Assembly (NCBI GenBank): GCA_000995965.1
Contig: LBYD01000002.1
Location: forward strand, 270,563 to 334,562
Length of the DNA: 64,000 nt
Direction of reading: 5' to 3'
Source: Candidatus Moranbacteria bacterium GW2011_GWC2_40_12
GTDB lineage: Bacteria > Patescibacteriota > Minisyncoccia > Moranbacterales > UBA11712
The position numbers and the translations under genes were made by a program. The notes beneath the pieces are model-generated. The model was not told where the DNA came from. It did no database searches and was given only the letters and a program-made list of their open reading frames with translations. Of the stretch, positions 28,038 to 36,829 are shown piece by piece. Position 1 is the stretch's first letter. Every line of letters begins with the position of its first letter.

Positions 28038-29117
28038 TTACAGATGCTTTATGTTTCCGCTTTCCTCAAGTTTTTTCACCACATCGGAAACCATTTGCGA
28101 TTTGTTGCGGTCGGCGATGAGGATGGCATCGGGAGTGTCAACGATAATCAAGTCTTTCGCGCCGATAGTGACGACCAATTTATCATCGCCGTATACCAGC
28201 AAGTTCTCACTATTAAAATCCAAATGTTCTCCTTTGATTTTGACCAGATGTTCCTTGTTATTGCCAATCAACGTATCTTTGAGCGCGGTCCAGCTTCCGA
28301 CATCGCTCCAGTCAATCGAAATTGGGATCACTATTACATTTGGCTCGTTTTCCATCACCGCGTAGTCAATGCTGATTTTGTCCATCCGGGGAAATTCTTC
28401 TTCCAGGATTTTTTCGAAATCTGGTTTTCCGACCACATTTTTTATTTTTACGAGCCGCTCATAGATATCCGGAACATATGCCCTGAATCTTTCTATGATC
28501 GTATCGGTCTTGAACAAAAACATCCCGCTATTCCAAAAAAAATCTCCCGAATCAAGATATTCTTGAGCCGTTTCAAGGTCTGGTTTTTCAACAAAGCGCT
28601 TAGCCTTGAAAAATTCAACGGAATCAATTTTTTCGAGCAATTCTCCCTTTTCTATGTATCCATATCCGGTTTCCGGTGCGGTTGGGCTGATGCCAAAAGT
28701 AAGCAAATTGGCCGGATATTTTTCGAGAATTTTTTCGCCTTCCTGAATGGCTTTTAGCAAACCTTCCGGATTTTTGATGAAATGGTCGGCTGGAAAAAAT
28801 CCAATTGTTTCATTCCCGTTTTTGGCAGAGATAATAGCTGCGGAAAGGGCGATACAGGGGGCTGTGTTTCTTCCGACAGGTTCGGCGATAACATTTTCAG
28901 CGGGCATTTTTGGCAATTGTTTTTTTACGATTTCAACGTATTCCTTGTTTGTAGAGACAAAGATGTCTGTTGCTTCAACAATATTTCGAAGCCGTTCGAA
29001 AGTATCCTGGAGCATTGTTTTCTCCGAAACCAGCTTTTGGAATTGTTTGGGCATCCCTTGCCGGCTCATGGGCCATAGCCTTGTGCCACGTCCGCCGGCC
29101 ATAATGACTAGTTTCAT
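28038..29117 (-). CDS. Mannose-1-phosphate guanylyltransferase-like nucleotidyltransferase
   Basis: 'KLVIMAGGRGTRLWPMSRQGMPKQF' N-terminal sugar-1-P nucleotidyltransferase motif typical of ManC/GMP. Confidence 0.8.
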   Translation of the reverse strand: MKLVIMAGGRGTRLWPMSRQGMPKQFQKLVSEKTMLQDTFERLRNIVEATDIFVSTNKEYVEIVKKQLPKMPAENVIAEPVGRNTAPCIALSAAIISAKNGNETIGFFPADHFIKNPEGLLKAIQEGEKILEKYPANLLTFGISPTAPETGYGYIEKGELLEKIDSVEFFKAKRFVEKPDLETAQEYLDSGDFFWNSGMFLFKTDTIIERFRAYVPDIYERLVKIKNVVGKPDFEKILEEEFPRMDKISIDYAVMENEPNVIVIPISIDWSDVGSWTALKDTLIGNNKEHLVKIKGEHLDFNSENLLVYGDDKLVVTIGAKDLIIVDTPDAILIADRNKSQMVSDVVKKLEESGNIKHL

Positions 29118-29223
29118 GCTTTACGAATTACGAATTATGTACGAATATACTAATAAGGTTTTGTTCTGATATAATACTAGTTGAGCAAATGCCTTTTGTA
29201 AAATAATTATTGAGAATAATGTT

Positions 29224-30570
29224 ATGCCGAAAATCAATCCAAAAATATTCAAAGCCTATGACATTCGGGGGATTTATCCGATGGAACTAAATGAGGAAGC
29301 GGCCTATCGGATTGGCCGAGCAGTTGTGCAGGCTCTCGGGGCAAAAAAAATCGCGGTTGGCCGAGATATTCGGGAATCTTCGCCCGCATTGTTCGAAGCG
29401 TTGGCAAGAGGCATTACAGACCAAGGTGCCGATGTTTTGAATCTGGGACTGACTTCCTCGCCTATGGTTTATCACGCTTCCGGGAGTCTGAATGTTGATG
29501 CATCAATTTCGATGACTGCTTCTCATAATCCACCTGAATGGAATGGACTGAAGTTTTGCAAACGGGATGGCTATCCAGTGAGCGAAGAAACTGGTCTTTT
29601 AGAAATAAAAAAGATGACGCTTGCGGGGAATTTCGAGAATAGTGAAAAAAAAGGGAAAATAGTAGAAGAAAATTCTCTCAAAGAAAAATATTATAAGTAT
29701 TTTTTGTCTTTTGCTAATTTGGGTGATAAGAAATTTAAGATTGTGGTGGATACAGCCAATGCGATGGGAATTCTGGAGCTCGAGATTTATAAAAGGCTTT
29801 CGGGTAACATTGAACTTGTAACGCTTTACGATGAATTTGACGGAAGATTCCCTAATCACGAAGCCAATCCCTTGAAAACCGAAACCTTGGCAGAACTGCA
29901 AAAAAAAGTTATTGAAGAAAAAGCGGATTTGGGAGTTGCATATGATGGGGATGCTGATCGAGTCGGTTTCATCACAGAGAAAGGGGATTTTATTCCCATG
30001 GATCTTGTGACCGCAATTCTCTCTAAACTGATTTTAAAAAAGCATCCTGGTGGAAAAATTTATTTCGATCTTCGATCTTCCAAGTCGGTGAAAGAAGTGA
30101 TTGAAGAGAACGGGGGAGTGGCTCTTGAATGCCCGGTGGGATATTCAAAAATAAAAAAACTTATTCGTGACAACGGAGCAGTTTTCGCGGGTGAACTGTC
30201 GGGCCATTATTATTTTCAAGAAAATTTTTACTCTGAAATTGGAACTCTGGTTGCCATTATGTTTCTCAATCTTATGGCGGAAACAGGAGAAAAAATATCA
30301 GAACTCGTGAAGGATGTGAACAGGTATTTTCATTCTGGGGAAATCAACAGCGAAGTCGAGGATAAGGATGCGGTGATAGCGAAGCTCAAGGAAAAATATG
30401 CCGATGGAAAAATCAGTGAAATGGACGGAGTGAAAATTGAATTTCCCGACTGGTGGCTGAATGTCCGTCCCTCAAACACCGAGCCAGTCTTGCGCCTCAA
30501 TCTCGAAGCGAATACGAAGGAAATGATGGAAGCCAAAAGAGACGAGGTTTTGAAAATAATTCGGGGATAA
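29224..30570 (+). CDS. Phosphomannomutase/phosphoglucomutase
   Basis: 'IFKAYDIRGIYP', active-site 'TASHNPPEWNGLKF', 'GVAYDGDADRVGF' metal-binding loop. Confidence 0.9.
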   Translation: MPKINPKIFKAYDIRGIYPMELNEEAAYRIGRAVVQALGAKKIAVGRDIRESSPALFEALARGITDQGADVLNLGLTSSPMVYHASGSLNVDASISMTASHNPPEWNGLKFCKRDGYPVSEETGLLEIKKMTLAGNFENSEKKGKIVEENSLKEKYYKYFLSFANLGDKKFKIVVDTANAMGILELEIYKRLSGNIELVTLYDEFDGRFPNHEANPLKTETLAELQKKVIEEKADLGVAYDGDADRVGFITEKGDFIPMDLVTAILSKLILKKHPGGKIYFDLRSSKSVKEVIEENGGVALECPVGYSKIKKLIRDNGAVFAGELSGHYYFQENFYSEIGTLVAIMFLNLMAETGEKISELVKDVNRYFHSGEINSEVEDKDAVIAKLKEKYADGKISEMDGVKIEFPDWWLNVRPSNTEPVLRLNLEANTKEMMEAKRDEVLKIIRG

Positions 30571-30675
30571 GGAACCTTCAAACATTGGATGTTTGGAGCG
30601 ATTGCAAGAAAAAAAAGAAGCCTGCTCCGTGGCGACTCGGGGCAGGCTTTTAATTTTGCACGGAAATAATTCTTT

Positions 30676-31380
30676 TTATCTCCCGCTTACTTTTTCGGCG
30701 AAGTAGTAATTTTTCAAGCCGCGGAGGCCGTAATCCGCTCCACTTCCGACTGCGAGCCAAAATGAGGCTTTCAAAAGAATGTCACCAATTTTGGCAACTT
30801 GGTTCAAATCATCGAATCCGAACCCAAAAGGACGAAGATACACAAAAAAGCACAAGAAGTGAAAAGCGCACTCGACATTCATCTTTATCTTACCTACTCG
30901 GCCGGCCTTGTTCGGGATGATCGGGAACCACAAGCTCAAAAAGCCCAAGATAAGCAAGCCCCCTTCGGCAATGAGGAGATACATTAGCCACTCGGGTGAA
31001 AGTTGAATGACTGTTTTACTAAACTTGGGTGCGAGATATCCAGTGAGTAACAGGAACATTATTCCTGTTAGGGAGCCAATAACAATTTTGTCCGTCAGCT
31101 TGTCAAAAAGTCCGCCAAGAATTGTTTTGCAGTTATACCTTCTCGCGGCCCAGCCATCAGCGCCGTCCAAAGCGCAGGCGATTGTTAAAAGAGAAAAAGT
31201 AAGAGTAGGCAAAATGCCAAAAAGCAAAAAGGCAATTGCTGGAAAAACAAGTCCGAGCCGAAAAGCAGTTATTTTGTTGGCTCTTGTCCAAAAACCAAAA
31301 TATTCCAACTCTTTCCGGATCAACTCGATGTTGCTGGCTAAATATTTCACGACTCTTCCCCCCTTGTTGTTAAAGGTCAA
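30676..31380 (-). CDS. CDP-alcohol phosphatidyltransferase family protein (PgsA-like)
   Basis: 'LDGADGWAARRYNCKTILGGLFDKLTDK' = D-x2-DG-x2-AR...G-x3-D-x3-D motif; multiple TM helices. Confidence 0.8.
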   Translation of the reverse strand: MTFNNKGGRVVKYLASNIELIRKELEYFGFWTRANKITAFRLGLVFPAIAFLLFGILPTLTFSLLTIACALDGADGWAARRYNCKTILGGLFDKLTDKIVIGSLTGIMFLLLTGYLAPKFSKTVIQLSPEWLMYLLIAEGGLLILGFLSLWFPIIPNKAGRVGKIKMNVECAFHFLCFFVYLRPFGFGFDDLNQVAKIGDILLKASFWLAVGSGADYGLRGLKNYYFAEKVSGR

Positions 31381-31419
31381 AAAGAATTTTTATTTTAGAA
31401 AAAAGTTTTTATTTTTCAA

Positions 31420-32433
31420 TTACAGCAGCCCGATTTTTTCCCGGATTTTTTCCATTTTTTCTTCGGCCATTTTTTTGGCTTTCTCTCTTCCTTCTTCCAA
31501 TATTCTCAAAACTTCTCGGTCTTCGATATTGTTGTATTTTTCCTGAAACGGTTCCAAAAATCCGACCACCACTTCAGCCAGATCTTTTTTGAATTCGGCA
31601 TATCCTTTTCCCTGATAGGATTCAACAATTTCTTTTGGCTTGGCGTTATCGAGCAGGGCATAGATGTTTATCAAATTCTTGATGGCCGGCTTGTCGGCCG
31701 AATATTTGATTTCCTTGCCGCTGTCGGTGACGGATTTTTTGATTTTTTCGCGGATTTTTTCTGGCGTGTCAGTGAGGGAGATATAATTGTATTCCGACAG
31801 AGCCGATTTTGACATCTTTTTCTTCGGATCGTCAAGTCCCATGATGCGCATGCCCTCTTTCACTATGAATGGCTCGGGAACGACGAATGTTTCTCTGAAC
31901 AGGCTATTGAAGCGGCGGGCGAGCGTGCGCGCCATTTCCACGTGCTGAAGCTGGTCTTCGCCAACCGGAACCAGATTTGTATCGTATAAAAGTATATCCG
32001 CAGCCATAAGCACCGGGTAACTGAAAAGTCCGGCGTTGATATTTTGCCTATTTTTTGAAGATTTATCCTTGAATTGGATCATTCGCTCGAGCTCGGGAAT
32101 TTTGGTGATGGTGTTCAATATCCAGGCCAGTTCCGCGTGCTCGGGAACGTGCGACTGGACAAAAATGAGCGATTTTTCGGGATCTATTCCGGCAGCGAGA
32201 TAGGTTTTTGCAACCTCTAGCGTTTTTTGGCGGAGTTCATCCGGTTTTTGGTGAACGGTGATGGCATGAAGGTCAACCACGCAAAAAATAGGGTCATACC
32301 CGCCTGCATCGCTATGCGAAGCATTGCGGGCAGGTTTCTCCTGAAGAGCCACCCAGCTTTTGATGGCTCCGAGATAGTTTCCCAAATGGAGCACGCCCGA
32401 AGGCTGAATGCCGGAAAAAATGCGTTTTGGCAT
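31420..32433 (-). CDS. trpS: Tryptophan--tRNA ligase
   Basis: 'SGIQPSGVLHLGNYLGAI' HIGH-region, 'KMSKS' (KKKMSKS) present. Confidence 0.92.
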   Translation of the reverse strand: MPKRIFSGIQPSGVLHLGNYLGAIKSWVALQEKPARNASHSDAGGYDPIFCVVDLHAITVHQKPDELRQKTLEVAKTYLAAGIDPEKSLIFVQSHVPEHAELAWILNTITKIPELERMIQFKDKSSKNRQNINAGLFSYPVLMAADILLYDTNLVPVGEDQLQHVEMARTLARRFNSLFRETFVVPEPFIVKEGMRIMGLDDPKKKMSKSALSEYNYISLTDTPEKIREKIKKSVTDSGKEIKYSADKPAIKNLINIYALLDNAKPKEIVESYQGKGYAEFKKDLAEVVVGFLEPFQEKYNNIEDREVLRILEEGREKAKKMAEEKMEKIREKIGLL

Positions 32434-32519
32434 AAACTTGAAAAATGTTAGTGTCTAGGGTTATAATACATTGTGTAATTCAATAGTATCCGCAAATTGG
32501 TAATTAGTAAAGTCAGCCT

Positions 32520-33128
32520 ATGAAAATTGACTTCAAAAATGTTCCAAAACATTACGCTTCCCGTCCGCATGAAAAAATGAAAGAAGTTCTTATGGATCCT
32601 GAGGGAGTCGGACCGGCCATTCACTACTATATGATTCGGGGAGGGACCGAGCAAAAAAACGTGACTGTCTGGGAGCCGGGAACGGTGTCCGGAGAATACA
32701 TAAAAACTTACGGCCATTATCACGTCGGCAAATTGAGCGAGACTTATTGGATTGTGTTTGGCCAGGGCGTGGCCTTGCTTCAAAAATTAGCCGAGGATGA
32801 AAACGGAAAAATGATCAGCGATGTTGCGGAAGAATTCAAGGCTATCCCGGTTAACGCCGGCCAGAAAGTTTTCATGCCGGAAAAATTCGGCCATTTGCTT
32901 GTCAACACCGGGGAAACATATTTCGTCACTCTTGACGACAGTCCCGTTGATTTCGAAGACCGCGATCCATCCAGTTTCCCGGGACATGCTGATTATACTC
33001 CGGTCCAGAAGATGAGAGGATTTGCCTACTATGTTGTTAATCATAAAGGCAAGCCTGCCCTCAAAAAAAATCCTCTCTACAAATCAATCCAGAAAGAAGA
33101 CCTCGGCGGACTAGAGGTGATTGAATAA
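32520..33128 (+). CDS. Cupin-type glucose-6-phosphate isomerase-like protein
   Basis: 'TYGHYHVGKLSETYWIVFGQGV' resembles cupin-type PGI metal-binding motif (T-x-G-H-x-H...E); moderate. Confidence 0.5.
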   Translation: MKIDFKNVPKHYASRPHEKMKEVLMDPEGVGPAIHYYMIRGGTEQKNVTVWEPGTVSGEYIKTYGHYHVGKLSETYWIVFGQGVALLQKLAEDENGKMISDVAEEFKAIPVNAGQKVFMPEKFGHLLVNTGETYFVTLDDSPVDFEDRDPSSFPGHADYTPVQKMRGFAYYVVNHKGKPALKKNPLYKSIQKEDLGGLEVIE

Positions 33129-33142
33129 GCAATATAATTTTT

Positions 33143-33556
33143 ATGAATATGCCGGATAATAATTATAACAAAATGGAAGAAAGGCCCTGGGGGAAATTCG
33201 AAATATTTGCCACAGCCAAAAATTATCAAGTCAAAAGGCTTACGGTCTATCCAGAAGGCAAATTGAGCCTCCAGTCCCACAAACATCGTTCGGAACATTG
33301 GGTTATTGTTCACGGCACGGCAAAAATCACCAACGGCGAACAAGAAATAATTCTGCACGAAAACGAAAGCACTTTTATACCAGTAGGTCATATTCATCGT
33401 TTAGAAAATCCGGGCAAAACTAATCTGGAGGTCATTGAAGTGCAAACTGGAGATTACCTTGGCGAAGATGATATCGTCCGTTATGAAGATATTTATAATC
33501 GTCTAGAAGAAAAAGGTAGTCTTTCAAAGAATAATTCGATGAAAAATATTTCTTGA
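33143..33556 (+). CDS. Cupin domain protein, mannose-6-phosphate isomerase type-II C-terminal-domain-like
   Basis: 'RPWGKFEIF...YQVKRLTVYPEGKLSLQSHKHRSEHWVIVHGTAKI' matches MPI/GMP cupin. Confidence 0.7.
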   Translation: MNMPDNNYNKMEERPWGKFEIFATAKNYQVKRLTVYPEGKLSLQSHKHRSEHWVIVHGTAKITNGEQEIILHENESTFIPVGHIHRLENPGKTNLEVIEVQTGDYLGEDDIVRYEDIYNRLEEKGSLSKNNSMKNIS

Positions 33557-33593
33557 CTCAAGGTTTTTTATTTGCTAATCTCTCTCAAGTCAT

Positions 33594-33944
33594 ATGCTTC
33601 GATTGATCTTCCATATTCTCTCCAACGCGCTTGGCATCTGGGCGGCGGCGAGGCTGGTTCCGGGGATATTTTTCGACGGCGACTGGAGGTGGCTCATTCT
33701 GGCCGGTGCCGTTCTGGGATTTGTCAATTTTTTCGTGAAACCGATCGTGAAAATCATATCCCTCCCGCTAATTTGGATAACTCTCGGCCTTTTCACAGTA
33801 GTCATCAACGTCTTGATGCTCAATCTCGCGGCGCGTATTGTCGGCGCGCTCATCATCGAAACTTGGACAGCCGCTTTTTGGGCGGTGATCGTGATAAGCG
33901 TGATAAACTATGTCATTTCCTCTTTTCTGCCGGAGGAAAAATGA
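33594..33944 (+). CDS. Small 4-TM membrane protein, DUF360/holin-4-like
   Basis: 116 aa, four hydrophobic helices; overall pattern similar to DUF360 family. Confidence 0.4.
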   Translation: MLRLIFHILSNALGIWAAARLVPGIFFDGDWRWLILAGAVLGFVNFFVKPIVKIISLPLIWITLGLFTVVINVLMLNLAARIVGALIIETWTAAFWAVIVISVINYVISSFLPEEK

Positions 33945-34022
33945 TATTACATTTTCTTTTTAATAATATCCAAATAACAAAAGCGCTTTGTTGCGTATAA
34001 CAAGCGTAGACCAGTATCAGGT

Positions 34023-34253
34023 ATGGAAAAAGGATTAATCGTCGGTCAAATAGTCATTTCGGTTTTTCTCACGATTTCTATTTTGCTCCAAAACCGCGGT
34101 GCGGGATTGGGCTCCACTTTTGGAGGAGATTTTGGGGGATACTATACGAAAAGAGGCTTTGAAAAATTCCTATTTTGGACATCGGTTGTTTTGGGCGCTT
34201 TGTTCATTGGCATTTCAGCGACAATTTTTTATATAACTTCGCAGGGTATATAG
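34023..34253 (+). CDS. secG: Preprotein translocase subunit SecG
   Basis: 'ISILLQNRGAGLGSTFGG' canonical SecG motif; 76 aa, two TM. Confidence 0.85.
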   Translation: MEKGLIVGQIVISVFLTISILLQNRGAGLGSTFGGDFGGYYTKRGFEKFLFWTSVVLGALFIGISATIFYITSQGI

Positions 34254-34263
34254 AGCTAAGACT

Positions 34264-35955
34264 TTGATACAAATAGCGAAAATGAATACTTGGCAAAAAA
34301 TATTTCAAGCATTTTCCAGCCGCGAAAGGTTTACGGTCAACATTCTCATCCTCGTTATTATCGTTTCGCTGACCGGGACTGTTTTGGGATTTTATTTCCA
34401 TTTCACGAAAAAAGTTCCCATTCCGGGAGGAGAATATATCGAAGGGATTGTCGGACAGCCTCTTTATGTCAATCCGGTTTTGGCCGGAAGCAACGATGCG
34501 GACGCCGATCTCGCGTCTTTGATATATTCCGGTCTTTTCAAATACGGTTCCGACGGGAAGCTGATCGCTGACCTTGCGGAAAGCTACGAAGTTTCGGAGG
34601 ACAAGCTGACTTATACGATCCATCTCAAAAAAGACGTGAAGTGGCACGACGGGGAGTCTTTCACGGCTGACGACGCGCTTTTTACTGTCCAAGTCATTCA
34701 GGATCCCATATACAAAAGCCCTCTGCGCCAAAGCTGGCAGGGAGTTGGGGCGGAAGTATCCGACGAAAACACAATCCGCTTCATACTTCAGACACCTTAT
34801 GCTTTCTTTCTCAACAATTTGACGGTTGGAATTCTTCCTAGGCACATCTGGGAATCTGTTGCTCCCGGAAATTTTCCACTCGCGGAATATAATCTGCGCC
34901 CGATAGGAACGGGATGCTACAGATTTTCTGACTTTGAAAAAGACGGCGAAGGAAACATTCTTTCATACACGCTGGAAGCGAATGAAAATTATTATGGCCA
35001 GAAACCTTTTATAACAAGTATGCAATTCTCTTTCTTCTTTGATGAAGATTCCCTGCTTCAAGCTTACAATGACAAGCAGGTTTTCGGAATGAGTTATATT
35101 TCTCCAGCGAGGCTTGCCGACTTGAAAAGCAAGAGAAGCAGCAATATTCTCTCCATCAATATTCCGCGCTACTTCGCCTTTTTTTTCAATCAGCAGAAAA
35201 GCAAAGTTCTGGCGAACCGTGAAGTGAGAAAAGCCCTGTCTCTCGCAATCGACAGGCAGGCGATCATTCGAGATATCCTGTCTGGAGAAGGAAAGGAAAT
35301 ATTTTCGCCTATTTCTCCGGGAACATTTGGCTTCACTGACGATGTAAAGAAATTTGAATTTGATGCGGGAAAGGCGAATGAGACCCTGGAAAACGACGGC
35401 TGGAAAAAGGGCGACGACGGCTTTCGAAAAAAAGACAATCTTCCTCTGGAATTCAGTCTTGTCACGACCGACTGGCCGGACTTGGCTGAAACGGCTGACA
35501 TGCTCAAGCAGCAGTGGGAAGCCGTCGGCGCGAAAGTAAATGTCGAATCTCTCCCCGTGGCGGACATTCAACAGAATTATATCCGTCCCCGTGAATATGA
35601 CGCGCTGCTCTTCGGACAAGTTTTGGGCGTCGATCCTGATCCGTATGCTTTCTGGCATTCATCACAAACAAGAGATCCAGGATTGAATTTGGCCCTCTAT
35701 TCAAATCAAAATGTCGATAAAATTTTGGAAAAGATTCGACTGGAAACAGATGAAGGAAAAAGAGCGGAACTTCTCAAAGAATTCCAACAGACCGTGACAG
35801 ATGATGTTCCAGCACTCTTTCTTTACAGCCCAAATTATCTTTACGTCGTTAATAAAAAAGTCGAAGGCATAAGTATCCGTTCAATGGTGACGCCTGACAA
35901 AAGATTTTCCAATGTCGAGAATTGGTATGTGAAGACGAAGAGGGTGAGGAAATAG
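34264..35955 (+). CDS. ABC transporter substrate-binding protein, family 5 (oligopeptide/nickel type)
   Basis: N-terminal TM anchor; 'LTYTIHLKKDVKWHDGESFTADD' SBP_bac_5 signature. Confidence 0.8.
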   Translation: MIQIAKMNTWQKIFQAFSSRERFTVNILILVIIVSLTGTVLGFYFHFTKKVPIPGGEYIEGIVGQPLYVNPVLAGSNDADADLASLIYSGLFKYGSDGKLIADLAESYEVSEDKLTYTIHLKKDVKWHDGESFTADDALFTVQVIQDPIYKSPLRQSWQGVGAEVSDENTIRFILQTPYAFFLNNLTVGILPRHIWESVAPGNFPLAEYNLRPIGTGCYRFSDFEKDGEGNILSYTLEANENYYGQKPFITSMQFSFFFDEDSLLQAYNDKQVFGMSYISPARLADLKSKRSSNILSINIPRYFAFFFNQQKSKVLANREVRKALSLAIDRQAIIRDILSGEGKEIFSPISPGTFGFTDDVKKFEFDAGKANETLENDGWKKGDDGFRKKDNLPLEFSLVTTDWPDLAETADMLKQQWEAVGAKVNVESLPVADIQQNYIRPREYDALLFGQVLGVDPDPYAFWHSSQTRDPGLNLALYSNQNVDKILEKIRLETDEGKRAELLKEFQQTVTDDVPALFLYSPNYLYVVNKKVEGISIRSMVTPDKRFSNVENWYVKTKRVRK

Positions 35956-36050
35956 AAATTAGCTGATGGAAACTGGAAATTTGCAATAGAAATTAGAAAA
36001 TGGAAATTTTAGTATCTATTTTCCAGTCTCGGCAACTATTTTCGCCCAGA

Positions 36051-36079
36051 TTGACAAAAAAACCAAAAGGGTATATAAT
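36051..36079 (+). promoter_or_regulatory. Consensus sigma70 promoter TTGACA-17-TATAAT
   Basis: TTGACA 36051-36056, 17-nt spacer, TATAAT 36074-36079; ~110 nt upstream of HIT gene. Confidence 0.6.
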
Positions 36080-36189
36080 TAAATAACTAGAATATCTTCT
36101 TCGTGTTTTCCTTTATTTAAGCCTTTTTTATTTCTTTCATATAACTTGGACTCTATTCAAAGCCCAGCTTTGAGTTTGAGACGCTATTT

Positions 36190-36663
36190 TTGATGTATAA
36201 CCACGCAGGACGGGATTATAAATGTCCAATTTGTCTTGGTATTCAAGGTGTTGAGAGTAAAGACACTCTCATAAAAAGAAGCGATATTGTCTTTAGGAAT
36301 AAATTTGTTACCGCTTTTATCGCGTCGTTTTTTATTGGCAAAAATTCAGGACACACAATTATTGTTTCAAATCGGCATTTTGAAAACCTGTATGATCTGC
36401 CTGAAGCATATGGAAAAGAAATATTCAGGATTTCTAAAAAGATATCTTTGGCGATAAAAAAAGCTTATAAATGTGAAGGAATAACTATTTTACAAAATAA
36501 TGAACCTGTCGGTGACCAGCATGCTTTTCACTATCATTCGCATATTTTTCCAAGATATCAAAAAGACAATCTTACAAAAAATCTTACAAACAAAAAGATT
36601 GCCAGCCCAAAAATCAGGAAAATATATGCCGAAAAACTGAAAAGAGCACTGAGAATAAAATAA
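36190..36663 (+). CDS. HIT-family (histidine triad) protein
   Basis: 'DQHAFHYHSHIFPR' H-x-H-x-H-xx motif; N-terminal CPIC zinc-binding-like. Confidence 0.8.
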   Translation: MMYNHAGRDYKCPICLGIQGVESKDTLIKRSDIVFRNKFVTAFIASFFIGKNSGHTIIVSNRHFENLYDLPEAYGKEIFRISKKISLAIKKAYKCEGITILQNNEPVGDQHAFHYHSHIFPRYQKDNLTKNLTNKKIASPKIRKIYAEKLKRALRIK

Positions 36664-36669
36664 ATACTT

Positions 36670-36694
36670 TCCTTGGCGGCGGAATTGGCAGACT
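36670..36694 (+). repeat. Partial duplicate of tRNA-Leu 5' end (ccttggcggcggaattggcagac)
   Basis: 23/24 nt identical to the 5' acceptor/D-arm of the tRNA at 36706; lies 12 nt upstream. Confidence 0.7.
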
Positions 36695-36705
36695 AAATTT
36701 TACAA

Positions 36706-36789
36706 GCCTTGGTGGCGGAATTGGCAGACGCACTGGCTTCAGGAGCCAGCGAGAGCAATCTCATGGGAGTTCGACTCTCCCCCAAGGCA
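36706..36789 (+). tRNA. tRNA-Leu (anticodon CAG), long variable arm
   Basis: Acceptor GCCTTGG/CCAAGGC, anticodon stem CTGGC/GCCAG loop TTCAGGA, long extra arm, T-arm GGGAG-TTCGACT-CTCCC. Confidence 0.8.
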
Positions 36790-36829
36790 CAAATTTAATC
36801 AATCTTTTAAAGAACAGAAACAATGATCT

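Noticed and set aside
27942-28757. 271-aa plus-strand ORF
   Set aside because: Antisense to ychF and manC-like genes, which both have strong protein signatures.
34204-34845. 213-aa minus-strand ORF
   Set aside because: Antisense to secG and the SBP gene.
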